A DNA stretch of 62,554 nucleotides from assembly GCA_034780895.1 (NCBI GenBank), contig JAUZTB010000076.1, forward strand, positions 76,246,395 to 76,308,948, in the 5' to 3' direction. Below the pieces are notes generated by a model. It was not told the origin of the DNA and did not search any database. It worked only from the letters and a program-made list of their open reading frames with translations. A program made the translations under genes and the position numbers. Of the stretch, positions 25,842 to 38,809 are shown piece after piece; the stretch's first letter is position 1; each line of letters begins with the position of its first letter. The DNA comes from Rhynchobatus australiae. Its lineage: Eukaryota.

Positions 25842-26377
25842 ATCAGAATTAGTTTTATTATCATTGACTTAGATAATGTAAAATGTGTTGTTTTGCAGCA
25901 GCAGTACAATGCAAAGACATAAAATTACTATAAATTACAAAACCAAATGGTGTGAAAAAAGGGAATAACGAGGTTGTGTTCATGGGCTCATGAATCATTC
26001 AGAAGTCTGATGGTGGAAGGGAAGAAACTGTTCCTGAACTGATGAGTGTATGTCTTCAAGCTCCTGTACCTCTTTCCCAATGATAGTAATGAGAAGAGGG
26101 CATGAGTGATGTCATCTGGATGGTGAGGGTCCTTAGTGATGGATGCCACCTTCTTGAGGCACTGCCTCTTAAAGATTGTGGGGAGGGTTGTGCCTGTGAT
26201 GTAGTTGGTTGAGTCTACAACCCTCTGCAGCCTCTTGCAATCCTGTGCATTGGATCCTCCATACCAGGCGGTGATACAACCAGCCAGAATGCTCTCCACC
26301 ATACATCTACAGAAATTTGTAAGTCTTTGGTGACATACCGAATCTCCTCACACTCCTAACGCAGTAAAGCTACTGGT
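25842..26377 (-). mobile_element. Rex1/Babar-type LINE, 5'-truncated 3' end
   Basis: VESILAGCITAWYG...LQRVV...KDPHHP...RYRSLKT...FRNSFFPSTIRLLN followed by a 3' UTR. Confidence 0.85.
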
Positions 26378-27026
26378 AAGTAGTCTTCATTTAGAGATAA
26401 GACAAGATTTCTTATACATCGAAACACACAGTGAAATACATCTTTGTGTAGATAGGTGTGTGAGTTTTGTAGCGGCGGGAATGGTCTGCAATGTGTCGTT
26501 TTGAGAAAAGACAATCTAGAGTTTGATGTTACCTATAAATGGAACATTGGATTTAATTTGCTGTGTTATTCTTGAATATGGGTTTAACCACTGTGCTGGA
26601 AGGGCCTGAGAGTGTTAGAGGAGTGATCTGAGACTGATGGTTCAGAAGTTGCAAGCAATGGTAGGGTACGGAGAACCACAAGAGCCCTGGGGTATGTCAG
26701 AACTAAGGAACCTTGGAATGTGTTGAGGATAGGAAAGATGCTGAATAAGTCTGTATTCATAACCACCCTTCATTTTGCCTATACGGTATTGTGCATTACA
26801 AAATTGATCTGCAAGGTTTTCTTTCCCTGTTGTCAATTTATTTTCATGCAGTGCGAAAATATTTTTTATTAAGTAACTTTTTACAAAAGGAAAAGACAAT
26901 GCTAAAAACACTATGGAACTTTTAGAATATAGAATGAATAGATGAGTGAAATAGTCACTGCAGTTTAAAACAAAGTAATCCTGTTATAGATTGTTCTCAT
27001 ATGGTGATACAGCATTAGTTGAGTCA

Positions 27027-27227
27027 CAAAAAACAAAATGCTGGAGGACCTCGGGGGTCAGGCAGCACCTGAGGAAAATAGACAGTAGATGTTTCAGGTC
27101 GAGACCCTTCCCCAAAACGTCAGCTGTCCATTTCCCTCCACGCATTATGCTCGACCTGCTGAGTTCCTCCAGCATTTTGTCTTTTGCTCCAGATTCCAGC
27201 ATCTGCAGACTCTCTTGTCTCTGTCTC
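27027..27227. mobile_element. Fold-back Penelope-like-derived insertion
   Basis: acaaaatgctggagga... pairs with ...tcctccagcattttgt. Degenerate flanking repeat ttgagt. Confidence 0.75.
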
Positions 27228-27519
27228 AATTGAGTACCAGCTGTTACAAGGGAGCTCAACACAGAGCCCACAGTTTTCTTTCCTAATCAAAGCTGTTTTA
27301 CTGCTTTTTTCTTCAAGACTTTGAGCATTGCAATTAAAATCATGTCTTTTGAATGATTTGCCTCATCAGCCAGTGATTGAGGTCACATTGATAAAGTCTA
27401 CCTCAACAAAGAAGAAAGCCCCCTTTAAACACTGTAAACCATATACAGCCAACTGATTTATTTTGGCCAAGATCTTCCATCAAGACTGTTGATGCATGCG
27501 AAAGATGCATGTTATGGAC

Positions 27520-28030
27520 ATGCCATCTGTTACAGGTAATGTGATGTTTATAATGTGGTGCATCCGGTGCAGGTGGAATAGCTGATGTGGCTAATGTGTA
27601 CAGTAATGTACAGTAGTGTGCTGTGGTACAGTGAATCTGATGTATGAGTGTATCTTGCAGTGTATCTGGTAAAGATTTGCATATTGGAAAATATTGTACA
27701 GTGAATCTGGTCCAGGCAATCTTTGTGAAGTACAATGAATCTAATGCATGTATTTATAGTTCAGCAAATCTAATTCAAGAAATATGTAAACATTACAGTG
27801 GATCTAGTGCAGATCCAATGTGTCTAGTACGAGTAATGCTTCAATTGCACAATAAAATCTAGTACAGGTAATGTGCATATATAGCACAAATAATCTGGTA
27901 CAAGTAATGTATATAGTATTGTAGATCTGATGCAGGCAGTGTACCTGCTGTACATAATGTGTCTAAAGTATAGTGAGTCTGGTACAGTGAAATTATATAG
28001 GTAGCAAATGTGTTACTAGTGTACCCCATA
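27520..28030 (+). repeat. Old degenerate minisatellite (core tctggtacaggtaatgtg...tacagtgaa)
   Basis: Recurring motif at roughly 30-40 bp spacing. Similar units at ~29950-30240 and ~34760-34880. Confidence 0.6.
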
Positions 28031-28049
28031 TGGCATATTTATTTTGGAA

Positions 28050-29677
28050 GAGTTGTGGGCACTTAATTTGTGATCTTCCAAAATTCCCTAGACACTGATA
28101 AGATACCAGTGGAAGAGAAAACTGCAAATCTAGCAACCCTATTCACGAAAGGATGGAGACCAAAAGTAGAAAACTGTAGGCCAGTTNNNNNNNNNNGTCA
28201 TTGGGAAATGCTGGAATCCATTATTAAAGAAATAGTAGTAGGAAACTTAGAAAATTGTGATACAAAGAGAGTCACTGTAATTTTATGACAGAGACAAATG
28301 TATTAGGGTTCTTTAAGGACATTCGCATGGTGGTGCAGCGGTTAATGCCCCAGCCTGACAATTCCAGGGATCTGGGTTCAATCCTGACCTGGGGTGCTGT
28401 CTATGTTCTCCCCATGGCCATCTAGTGACCATCAGATGATCCAATTTCCTCCCACATCCAAAAGACATGCTGGTAGCTTAATTGGCCACTGTAAATTACC
28501 CCTCAGTGAAGGTAAGCATCAAAAAGAACCAAAAGGGAGTTGTTGGGCATGTCAGATAGAATAAGTTGAAAGGCTACAGGGGAAAAGGGAAGGGAATGAG
28601 ACTGACGGTAATTGATGTGGACCAAATGGGCTGATTGGCTTCCTTCTGTACCTTAATAAGTAACAAATCAATAATTGTTGGTAATATCAGCATGGTCAGA
28701 GTGGCTAACTAACAAAAAAACTGGATCAGGGTAAGTGGAATATTTTCAGGTAGGTAATCTGTAACTAGTGCTGGAAGGATGAATGCTGGAGCCTCAGCCA
28801 TTTGCAATCAATATTAATGATTTGGATGAAGGAGCCAAATTTTATAGGGATACCCAACAGGTGAGAAAGAAAGTGCTGAAATGGGGGCAGGGTCAGCAAA
28901 GCGACAAAGATAAGTTAAGGAGGGGGTGAAAATTTAGTAGATGGTGTNNNNNNNNNNNNNNNNNNNNNNNNNNNNNNNNNNNNNNNNNNNNNNNNNNNNN
29001 NNNNNNNNNNNNNNNNNNNNNNNNNNNNNNNNNNNNNNNNNNNNNNNTAATAAAGTAACGAAATGTAAAGTTAACCACTTTCTAAAGAATAGAAAATCAG
29101 CACATTGTTTGAAAGGAGTGAGAGTACGTAGTATTGCAGTAAAGAGAGTTCTGGGTGTCCTCGTACATGAAGCACAAAGTTAGGCCAATACAGTAAATAA
29201 TTAGAAAGGAAAATGAAATGTTGACTCCTATTGCAGAGCAAGGCTTGCTACAACTGTGCAGGGCAATGGTGAGACATCTAGTTTACTCTTTATTTAAGAA
29301 AAAGTGTGTGTGCATTGGAAACAGTTCAGAGAATGGCAGGTTGAATCCAGGTATGAAGGGGTTGTTTTATGAGGAACAATTAAACTGTTTGGGCTGATAG
29401 TAATTGGTGTTTAGAAGAATGAGCAGTCGTTTAATTGAAACCCATGAGATTCTTACAGAGTTTGAAAAGGTAGAAGCTGAGATGATGTTTCACCTTGTAG
29501 GGGTGTCTATGACGTGGGGGCATAATTTCAGTGGTAACCTACTTAAGATGAAGAGGAAATTTTTATCTCGTATCTTTAGAATTCTCTGTCCCAGAGAGCT
29601 ATGGAGTCTGAGTCATTGAATATATTCAAAGCTTAGATGGATGATTTATGACCTACAGGGGAGTGTTTAAGGTTATG
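28050..29677 (+). mobile_element. Decayed CR1 LINE RT region, interrupted by a SINE
   Basis: IFQNSLDT.KIP...LFTKG.RPKVENCRPV...EMLESIIKE and later CR1-type RT and 3' segments. Confidence 0.75.
28325..28660 (+). mobile_element. tRNA-derived V-SINE (HE1-like) nested in CR1
   Basis: ggtggtgcagcggtt...gggttcaatcctgacct...cctcccacatccaaaagac. Confidence 0.8.
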
Positions 29678-31589
29678 GNNNNNNNNNNNNNNNNNNNNNN
29701 NNNNNNNNNNNNNNNNNNNNNNNNNNNNNNNNNNNNNNNNNNNNNNNNNNNNNNNNNNNNNNNNNNNNNNNNNNNNNNNNNNNNNNNNNNNNNNNNNNNN
29801 NNNNNNNNNNNNNNNNNNNNNNNNNNNNNNNNNNNNNNNNNNNNNNNNNNNNNNNNNNNNNNNNNNNNNNNNNNNNNNNNNNNNNNNNNNNNNNNNNNGA
29901 CATATGTCAGTGATAATAAACCTGATTCCAATATATCTGCTGCAGCTGCTGTGAATATTCTTCAGCATATGTGGCCAGGTAAAGTGAATATAGCACAGGG
30001 CATGCTATGTCTATATGGTACATTGTGTACACAGGTGTGTATGTATATATTACCTCCTATGGGTAATTTGTACTGAGGACAATGGGTTTGGTATATCTAA
30101 TATAGATATAGGTCAGTGCAAATATAAAACAAGTTGGATCTACTACAATGTGCAAACTATTTGGTGTAGGTCATGTGTATGTGTGTAATGTACAATGCGA
30201 GCACCACAGATGAAATGTATTTATATTTGTACAGAATATTGGGCACAATGATTGCATATTCATAGAAATGCATGTTACTGAGGAGGAAGGGATTTGGCAA
30301 ATCGTGCCATACAGGCCAATAAGTGAACTACTTGGGTTATTCACCATCTCCACTTGCTATTCATTACCTCATAGGTTAAAACTCTCCAAGTGATCATCAG
30401 GATCCTTTTTTAAATGCAATGAACTTTAGTCTTTTTTCTCAGTGAGCCAATTTTTAATACAATATCACTTTCTCTTGTATCCCACGAGCATTTACTTTCC
30501 AGGTCTAGTCAAACATCTTGCTAAAATCCATAAAACTACTTCATGGGTTGGTCCTCCTTATTAAATCCCCTCAAAAATGCAGAGATGACCTTCCCTTAAC
30601 AAATTTGTGCTGATTAACCTGTGCTCTTCTAAATGCTGATTTCTGTTGTACTTATTTTCTTTCCATTAATTTTCCCAACCCCATTGCTGGGATAGCTGAC
30701 TTTTGGTTTTTCGCTTTTTAACCAGCGGCACCACGATAGCGATCTTCCAGTCCTCTGCCATGATTCCTGTAGTCCAAGAGTATTGGCCACACCTTNNNNN
30801 NNNNNNNNNNNNNNNNNNNNNNNNNNNNNNNNNNNNNNNNNNNNNNNNNNNNNNNNNNNNNNNNNNNNNNNNNNNNNNNNNNNNNNNNNNNNNNNNNNNN
30901 NNNNNNNNNNNNNNNNNNNNNNNNNNNNNNNNNNNNNNNNNNNNNNNNNNNNNNNNNNNNNNNNNNNNNNNNNNNNNNNNNNNNNNNNNNNNNNNNNNNN
31001 NNNNNNNNNNNNNNNNNNNNNNNNNNNNNNNNNNNNNNNNNNNNNNNNNNNNNNNNNNNNNNNNNNNNNNNNNNNNNNNNNNNNNNNNNNNNNNNNNNNN
31101 NNNNNNNNNNNNNNNNNNNNNNNNNNNNNNNNNNNNNNNNNNNNNCTTAATGCACTGAGTCTTCCTTCGCATACTACTTTGCTTTGTTACCTTATTTTCT
31201 TTCATGTATTTATAGAACATTTTTTATGCAACGTCTTTGCCTTCCTCGTTCCCTTTTTATTTTCACTTATGTACCTCCAGTAGGCTTTCTACAGTACTGA
31301 GCGCTTGGTATTTGTCATAATTTTTTTTACCTTACTGTATCCTGTGTATCCCCTGATATCCATTATGGGTGTCTACATTGAGATTTCCAACTTTATCTTA
31401 TTGGGGACACTCGCCATCTCCTCCCACTGCTCTGAAACTTATCTACATTCAAGTAGCTCCTTCTGTTCCATTTGTGATAAGTCATATCTCAGCCTTGTAT
31501 AACAGAGCAATCCCATTAGTCCCATTCCTTTCTTCCCTAATAACATCAGCAACTTGCGTGCTCATCCACTCCCCTTGATTTGTTTTTGC

Positions 31590-31795
31590 AACTCATCTAC
31601 ACTTAGGGTAATTTACAATAGACAATGAACCTAACCGCATATTTTTAGTATGTGGGATGAAACTGGAGAGCCTGGGGGAAACCCACATGGTCGCAGGGAG
31701 AATGTGCAGACTCCATATAGGCAGCACCCAAGGTCAGGACTAAATCTAGTTCCCGGGAGCTGTGAGGCAGCAGTGCCAACTGCCAGGCCACTTGG
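31590..31795 (-). mobile_element. tRNA-derived V-SINE (HE1-like)
   Basis: Reverse complement of the SINE head and V domain (tgtgggatgaaactggagagcctgggggaaacccacatgg...gctgtgaggcagcag). Confidence 0.8.
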
Positions 31796-32357
31796 CCGCT
31801 TTTGCTCTTTATCTTTTAGCAATGCTAGATCAAACTGAATTGTGATATCTGCCTCTAAGATGCTTTCCCATTGCCAACCTCTTCATTTGCAGGTGTGTTC
31901 TCTAAAATTAAGTCCAGTACCACCCCTCTGTCTTGTTGGGCTTGTTATGTAGAGACATTAAAAAGTACACTTTATATATGTTTTGAGAATTCTGCATATT
32001 TTATACCTTTTAACACTGTTATTGTCCCAGCTACTGTTAAGATAGTTGAAATGCCCTGTTATTTCATGCCTTAGTGTGAACTGCAAAATTAACTGGCCAA
32101 AATATTAGCTCTCCTTTCTCCCAGGGTATATTTGTGGGCTTGTAACACTCCTAGCAAATTATTATCTCTTTCTTTGTTCCTCATTTCAACCCATATTATT
32201 TTTATTGATCTTTTCAGCAAATCATTCCCCTTTGGATGTAATTGTTTCCTTAATCCATGATGCTGCAACCCTTCCCATTTTCCCCCTCTATCTTCTCTGG
32301 AAAATCTTCCAATGAGGAACACTGAGCTGCCAATNNNNNNNNNCCAATCCTGTTCAG

Positions 32358-32583
32358 AATTAAGCAATAATCAATTTGGTGGATCGGGTTGAAACCCGGC
32401 ATCAGGATTGAGAGTATAAAGGGAAGATGGCCGGTATAAAAAGAAGAGGGGGGAGCATTGAGATGGGGGCCAGTAGGTGATTGGTGGACTGTAGAGAGGT
32501 CGATAATTCCTTTTGCCCCACAGATGCTGCTTGACCAACTGAGTTCTTCCAGCAGATTGTTTATTGTTCCAGATTCCAGTATC
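32358..32583. mobile_element. Penelope-like-derived insertion with inverted segment and 10-bp TSD, inside a CR1 remnant
   Basis: tcctgttcag at 32348-32357 and 32584-32593. Antisense pLTR segment followed by the sense tail. Confidence 0.7.
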
Positions 32584-33689
32584 TCCTGTTCAGCTTTTAA
32601 GTCATGTTTCAAAAAGGCCTTAACATATTGCAGTAGGGTCATCTATATCATTGGTTCACCAGCTTTATTTCCTAGACTCATGCTGATATGTGATCAAGTA
32701 CTGCCAACTTCTGACCTGCTGGGATTTTCCAGTACTGTTTTATTTCAGATTTCCAGTAACTTCTGCATTCTGTATCTCAGTTCCAGCACCCTTTTTTTAA
32801 TGTCTTCCTTTTTTGTTTTCCCCCTCTGTTTTCACCTCTTCCAGACAGATGCTGTGAAAGCAAGTCTCTCTCAGCCAACACCAGTCTGTCATCTATTTTC
32901 TCGTGATCGCCATGCTATCACAGACATTCCCTGTATTTATGTTTTGCACCATTCCCCATTATACTGCAACTTAAAAAAAATGTCTGTTTTTTAACTTTTC
33001 CTAGTTATAAGAAAAGTCATTGAAATGACATTAATTTTTCTTTCCCCACAGATGAACCTGATCTGTTAAATATTTTCGGCATTGTGTTTTTATTTCAAAC
33101 TTTGTTTCCTTTACCCAGTCTTTGTTTCCTTTGCCTTCCAAACTTATTGATTGAATCCCTATTTTCTGCATCCACGTTTGCCTCTTTCCTTTCAGAAACT
33201 GCTGTCAGGTTCTCGCCTCCTCTCCCCAGCAGCACTACCAAACCTCTCAGCCAGGATATTGGTCCAACTCCAACTGCAACCCAATCACTTTGTACAGATC
33301 CAGCACTCTCACAACCAGACTCTGTGCTCAGGACTCAAAGGCCCTCCCTCTTGCTCCATACGACCATTTTTAGACTAATGCTGCATGGCACCAGTCATCA
33401 TGATCAGTGAGGTCCTGCTTTTTAATCTTATTCCTGTACTCTACCTGCAGGGCTTTATTCTCTGTTGTAGCCCATGACCTCTGACTGTTCACCCATCCTT
33501 CTCTGTCTTGTGCACTTCCTCAGTTACCTCCTTAATCCTGACACTATGGAGGCAACATCTAAAGTTGCATCTTTGGCTATTGAATCTCCTAACCATGTAG
33601 ATCCTCAGTTCTTTCCACCACCATCCTGTAAACCAAATTTCACGTGGTGCCACAGATGTAACTCCAGCTGGAATCCCTTGCTGAACCAA

Positions 33690-34430
33690 ACCTTTGCCCC
33701 CAGAGTCAGAGGTGAATAGTGTTCATGATCCTGATGTAGATTGGCTGACCACTTTGCAGAGCATCTCTCACTCTGCAAGGGTAATCCTCAGTTCTTGGTT
33801 GCCTGGCACTTCAATTCTCCATCAGCTCTGACCTTTGTATTTGTTCTCTTACACTGTTCCAGCACAGCTCACTGTAAGATCATAGAACAGCATCTCATCT
33901 TCCTACTGGACACGTTACAGCCATCAGGACTCAACATTGAATCAAACAGTTTTAGATGACCAGTCTTTCCATTTTGTATCAGAATTGCCTTTTTTGATGA
34001 AAGATCAACCTGTAGCATTAGATCAGTTTTTCTCCCTTTACAGATGCTGCCTGACCTGGGTATTTTCAGCATTCTNNNTTATTTCAGATTTCCCAACAAC
34101 TGCAGCAGTCTACACTTCACAATTTCTGCAGATTATTTACAATTGATCGTAAATTGATTGTAGCGTTTTCTTTTCAGTCAGCAGCATCGCTAGCATCATG
34201 GTCTCTCTTGGTTTCCACCCTGTTGCAGACGTTCCCTTTATTCTCTCCACCCCTCCCCCTTCTCAAAAACTTAAAACGTGTTCAATTTCCAACTTTCCCT
34301 GGTCCTGATGAAAGGTTGATGACCTGAAGCATTAACTTTGCCTCTGTCTCTCCACAGACTTAGACTGGCATATTGACTCTTTCAGTAATGTGCTTTTATT
34401 TTCGATTTGCAGCATCATCAATTTCTCTTG
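33690..34430 (+). mobile_element. Penelope-like element: degenerate GIY-YIG endonuclease C-terminus plus tandem pLTR remnants
   Basis: ADHFAEHL...VAWHFNS...EQHLIFLLDTLQPSGLNIE. Repeated pLTR-type tails, CTGATGA at 34305. Confidence 0.75.
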
Positions 34431-34923
34431 CTTTTCAGTCACTTTTCACATTGGTAATTAGTCTCACTGTTGCACTGTGGTGAACTGGGGTCCAAAATTA
34501 AATCTTGTACTGATTAACAACACTTCCTGCACATGCATTTGTCCTTAACAAGGGAGGTTGCTTTATATCACAGTGCATTGAATTTGCATTGAGTAGACAG
34601 AGGAGTCATGCTGTTCTCCTCCTATATAAGAAATAAAATTCCTAACATTCAGTACTCCAGCAAAACTGAACTTATCTCGTTTTTTTTAAGATAAAACTTA
34701 AGCAGTTCTCTTCTCCCAGTTTTCTTAATTTAACATACTGCCCTAACTTAGAAAGTCAGATCTGTGGAGCAGGTATGTGTATATTGTATAATGTAACTGC
34801 ATTATAATGTAATTGCTTGTTGTGCTATATCTGGTCCAGGCAAATGTCTATTACATTATGTTTCTTATGCAGGTAATATCATTTTTATATTCTGAACCAA
34901 AATATTCTGATTTTCTTTTGAAG

Positions 34924-35089
34924 CTTGCCAAGTCTTAGGCCACTACTGGATGTCAATTATTTGCCACTGACCGATATGCGAATAGCTCGTACCTTCTGTT
35001 TCACCAATAACGGGCAAGCTCTATATCTGGTTTCCCCCACTGAGATCCAACGCATCACCTACAGTCAGGGAACATGTGAGAATTTACAG
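34924..35089 (+). CDS. STXBP5: Tomosyn-1 exon (166 nt), SLPSLRPLLDVNYLPLTDMRIARTFCF...TCENLQ
   Basis: ttttcttttgaag acceptor, CAG|gtaaga donor, phase 2-0, in frame with neighbouring exons. Confidence 0.96.
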
Positions 35090-37437
35090 GTAAGAATCAC
35101 AAGTTCATTATAATGTTAAAACACTGAAAACTATCTTTACATTAGAATGCTCATATCACTCTTGTGTCTTAATTAGTGTGCCATTGTATCACATGGATCA
35201 GAGACATACTAAACAGTCCCTTTTGCTGTGATATTAATCAACTGCACACACAGACAGAGAGAAACACACGCACACAGTGTCATTCACAAATCACTTAATT
35301 TGCTTGTAGATTTACACCATTTGTCCCTGCAGCACCATGTTTTCTGAAGAATACAAAGCAAAAGGATGCACGTGCATTATAGTGTGAGGGTAGGTTTTTC
35401 AGAAATAAGAGCCTTCTCATAAAACATGCAAATGAGCAGCTCACAAATCTCCCATATCCCAATCCTTGGTAAAGCAGACCTGCATAAGCAAGCATTTGAG
35501 GTGCCTACTGTTGATTTTCTATGATGCAATGGACCCAGAGCTTTGCATTCCTCTTGCTCTGGCCTCGACGTTGGTAGCTGTGCAGGCCCCAATCTCTGAG
35601 GTTTTTTGAATAAACCTATCGAACCATCAAGCTTTAGTATACTCCTCGAAACCCATCCCCTGACCAAATTTCGGTGTTTTCAGTTATCAGTGTTTTCGGC
35701 TGATGATGTTCCATCTTGGTATGTTTTGCTGAGCTATCAACAACAATATGCATTTTTCATTAGTAAACATCTCGGGACTTATTTCAGAATATTGCTTAAA
35801 AATGAATGTATATACCCACCAAAGCAGGTGACCAAAAGCTTGGTCAGAGAGCTGGCTTTTAAGGAGTGCGTTAAATGAGCATTGAGGAGCAATCCCAGAG
35901 TGTAAGACCTCAACAGCTGAAGATATGGAGTGATTAAAATCTGGAATGCAAGAAAAAAAACAAAATTAGAAAAGCACCAACATCTCACTAGTTTTTGGAA
36001 CTGAAGGATGATAGGGAGACAAGAGCCAGTGATGGAATTCAACAAAAAGACCAGGAAACTAATGATGGTCAGTTGAGAGGGGGATGATGGGCATATGGGA
36101 TGGTGCAATATCGATTCAAGCAGCAAAGTTTTAGATAAATTCAAGGATGGAAGGTGGAGGTCAGTGATGAGTGTGTTGGAATAGATGTAGTCTTGAGGTA
36201 ATTAAGACGCAGATGAGTGTTTCCATGGCAAATGAACCGAGGCAGGGATAGGGTCGGGTGTTTTTTGGGAGGTGGATATTGGCAATCTTAGTGATGGTGC
36301 ACCTAAGTGCTCAGGAGTTTATTCTGGGGTGAAATGTGAGCTAAGTAAAGGAATATGCCATTGGTCTTCCCAATATTTTATTGGAGGAGACTTCAATTTA
36401 TCCATTAATGGAGCTCAGTCAAGCAATCTGACACCTCAAAAATGTAGGTTGCTTTTATTACATGCACTGTCTCTGCCACTAGAATCTAGCAGGTGAAGTG
36501 GGTCGTAGAGCTCTCAGCCTGTAAAGACCTGTACCAATTTCATGCTCCTGGAATTACTATGGAAGTCTGGCATCAATTCTTGTTTGTAATGGTCTCCTAG
36601 AATCCAGATTTTTCTTATACTACAGAGAACTATACTGAAGAGAGTCCTCATGACTGCAGTGGGCTTTGCAATTTTAAGCCATGTTAAAGTTAGGAACAAA
36701 AATTCGACTTTTCATTCCAGGGTCTCAGGAATTGGCAATGTCCTATCAGTTAGAATCATAACTCAGAAAAAACTGATCATCATCAGGTGATCTCCCACCA
36801 TGTTGATGTAATATAACTGCTTTTCAGTCAGACATGCCAATTAATCTCGTCTTCTACGGATATTTAAATGGGAGAGCTTTTCCACCATTTATATTTTCCT
36901 GAGTTGTGCTTTCAATCCTAGGATTGTTTTTGTTAACAATGGCTGATGTTATCTAGGATCATTGGCTTCCTCAAAGCACCCTTGACTTAGAGGTCCACAC
37001 TTGACCTCCACACAGTACAAGCATCATCGAATACCACAGATCCTTCCCATAGTACACACCCTAACCACCAGGTGCAATGAATAGAAAAAACAAAAAGTTG
37101 GAAATACTCAGTGGGTCAGACAGTGTCTGCAGAGAGAGCAACAGAGTTAAAGTTTCAGGTTGATAATGACCCTTTGTTAGAAGAAGGGCCATCAACCTGA
37201 AGCAGATGAATCAGGTCAAGGCAGATAGAATTCCAGCTAAAGATTTTTAAAACATTATTATTGGCTGAAATTAAGGGCTCCCATTCAAGTCTTCCTAGCA
37301 AACTCTTCTAATGACATTCAGGTTTTCTATCTGAGTCACACATATTTAGGAATGGTAAAAACCTCACACTATTCTAATGGTATCCAGGGCACATCAAACC
37401 TTATACTGCAGTAACAGAATTCAATGTAAGTCCTTAA

Positions 37438-37797
37438 ATCAGAATAAGATTTATTATCACTGGCATATGACGGCAAATTTGTTGTCTTGCAGCAAGAGTG
37501 CAGACATGAAAAAANNNNNNNNNNCAGGTTCATTGATTGTTTAGAAATCTGATGGTAGAGGGGAAGAAACTGTTCCTGAATCATTGAGTTTGGATCTTCA
37601 GGCTCCCTGATGGTAGTAAGCAAGAAGAGGGCAAGTTCCGGATGGTGAGGGTCCTTAATGATGGATGCTGCCTTCTTGAGGCACCACCTCTTGAAGATGT
37701 CCTTGATGGTGGGAAGGGCTGTGTCCCTGATGGAGCCGGCTGAACTTGTGACCTTCTGCAGCCTCTTGCGATCCGGTGCATTCCAGACCCAGCATTG
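37438..37797 (-). mobile_element. Rex1/Babar-type LINE 3' end, second copy
   Basis: DRKRLQKV...LPTIKDIFKRWCLKKAASIIKDPHHP, homologous to 25842-26377. Confidence 0.85.
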
Positions 37798-38262
37798 CAT
37801 TAATGGTGATTAGAACAGTCCAAACTTCACAATACAGTAATGGTGTACAGGGGCAATCTAATTCTCACACTGCATTTGTAGTGCTCTCTGTTCAATTGAA
37901 GCCTTGCAGAGCATAAACTTGTTTTCAAGGGGTTTGGTCCAAATCTTGTGTGGCTGTAATAATGTTCAGAGATTTTACTTGAACTCTGTGTGTTAATTGG
38001 GTTCAGACAGTTCAATGGTGCACATTCCACTGTAAATGGTAAAGGCTTACCTTAGTATAGGACTCATTTAGATTTGGTAGGATTGTGCACTTTGCTTTTG
38101 TGGCAGGTCTGAATGCCAGAATCTTTTCACCAACAAAGTAAAAGCTCAATAATGACAACAGTTAGAAACGTAACATTTTATCTATACTACAGGTTCTTGT
38201 CTTTTGTTTAAAAAAGACATAAAAGGGTATTTCCAAATGTATTACATTTTACTTTCTTCCAG

Positions 38263-38374
38263 GAAATGCTGGGAGAGCTGTTTACTCCTGTGGAAACACC
38301 AGAGGCTCCAAACAGGGGGTTCTTTAAGGGGTTGTTTGGTGGTGGTGCCCAGTCACTGGACAGGGAAGAACTTT
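38263..38374 (+). CDS. STXBP5: Tomosyn-1 exon (112 nt), EMLGELFTPVETPEAPNRGFFKGLFGGGAQSLDREEL(F)
   Basis: ttcttccag acceptor, T|gtaagt donor, phase 0-1. Peptide essentially identical to the recalled tomosyn-1 tail region. Confidence 0.97.
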
Positions 38375-38809
38375 GTAAGTACAATGGCATAATGATGAAA
38401 CCAATAGTGCACAAAACTATTAGTGCTTGGGTGTGTGCTGTCAATTGGATTGTCTAAGGCTCCAGTGATTTCCTTGCTTTCAAGCAGGGAAAAATGGTAA
38501 GTAAATTACCTGTTCCCAGATTGCATGTGTTTGTATGTTTTATAGCAGAGAAACAGGAAGAAACAAAGTGAAAGAGATCAGTGCCATTAACATTGTGTGT
38601 AAAATCAGCTACCTTTGTGATTTGTGAACGTCAGCTGAGCACAAGGCTTGGTTTTTTGCAACTGCAGGCCCTGCAACTGAGGTCAAGTGGAGGAAAAGAA
38701 AATGCAGACACTGTGAGAACAGGAAAGCTTATTAGGGTACAGATGTATGTCTGAGTGCATGTAGGATTGTAGTGATAGGAAAGGAGGGGAGTGGTTTGAT
38801 GTAAAGCTA

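Noticed and set aside
32458-32994. 178-aa + strand ORF
   Set aside because: Runs across Penelope pLTR fragments and pyrimidine-rich sequence, so it is a chance ORF.
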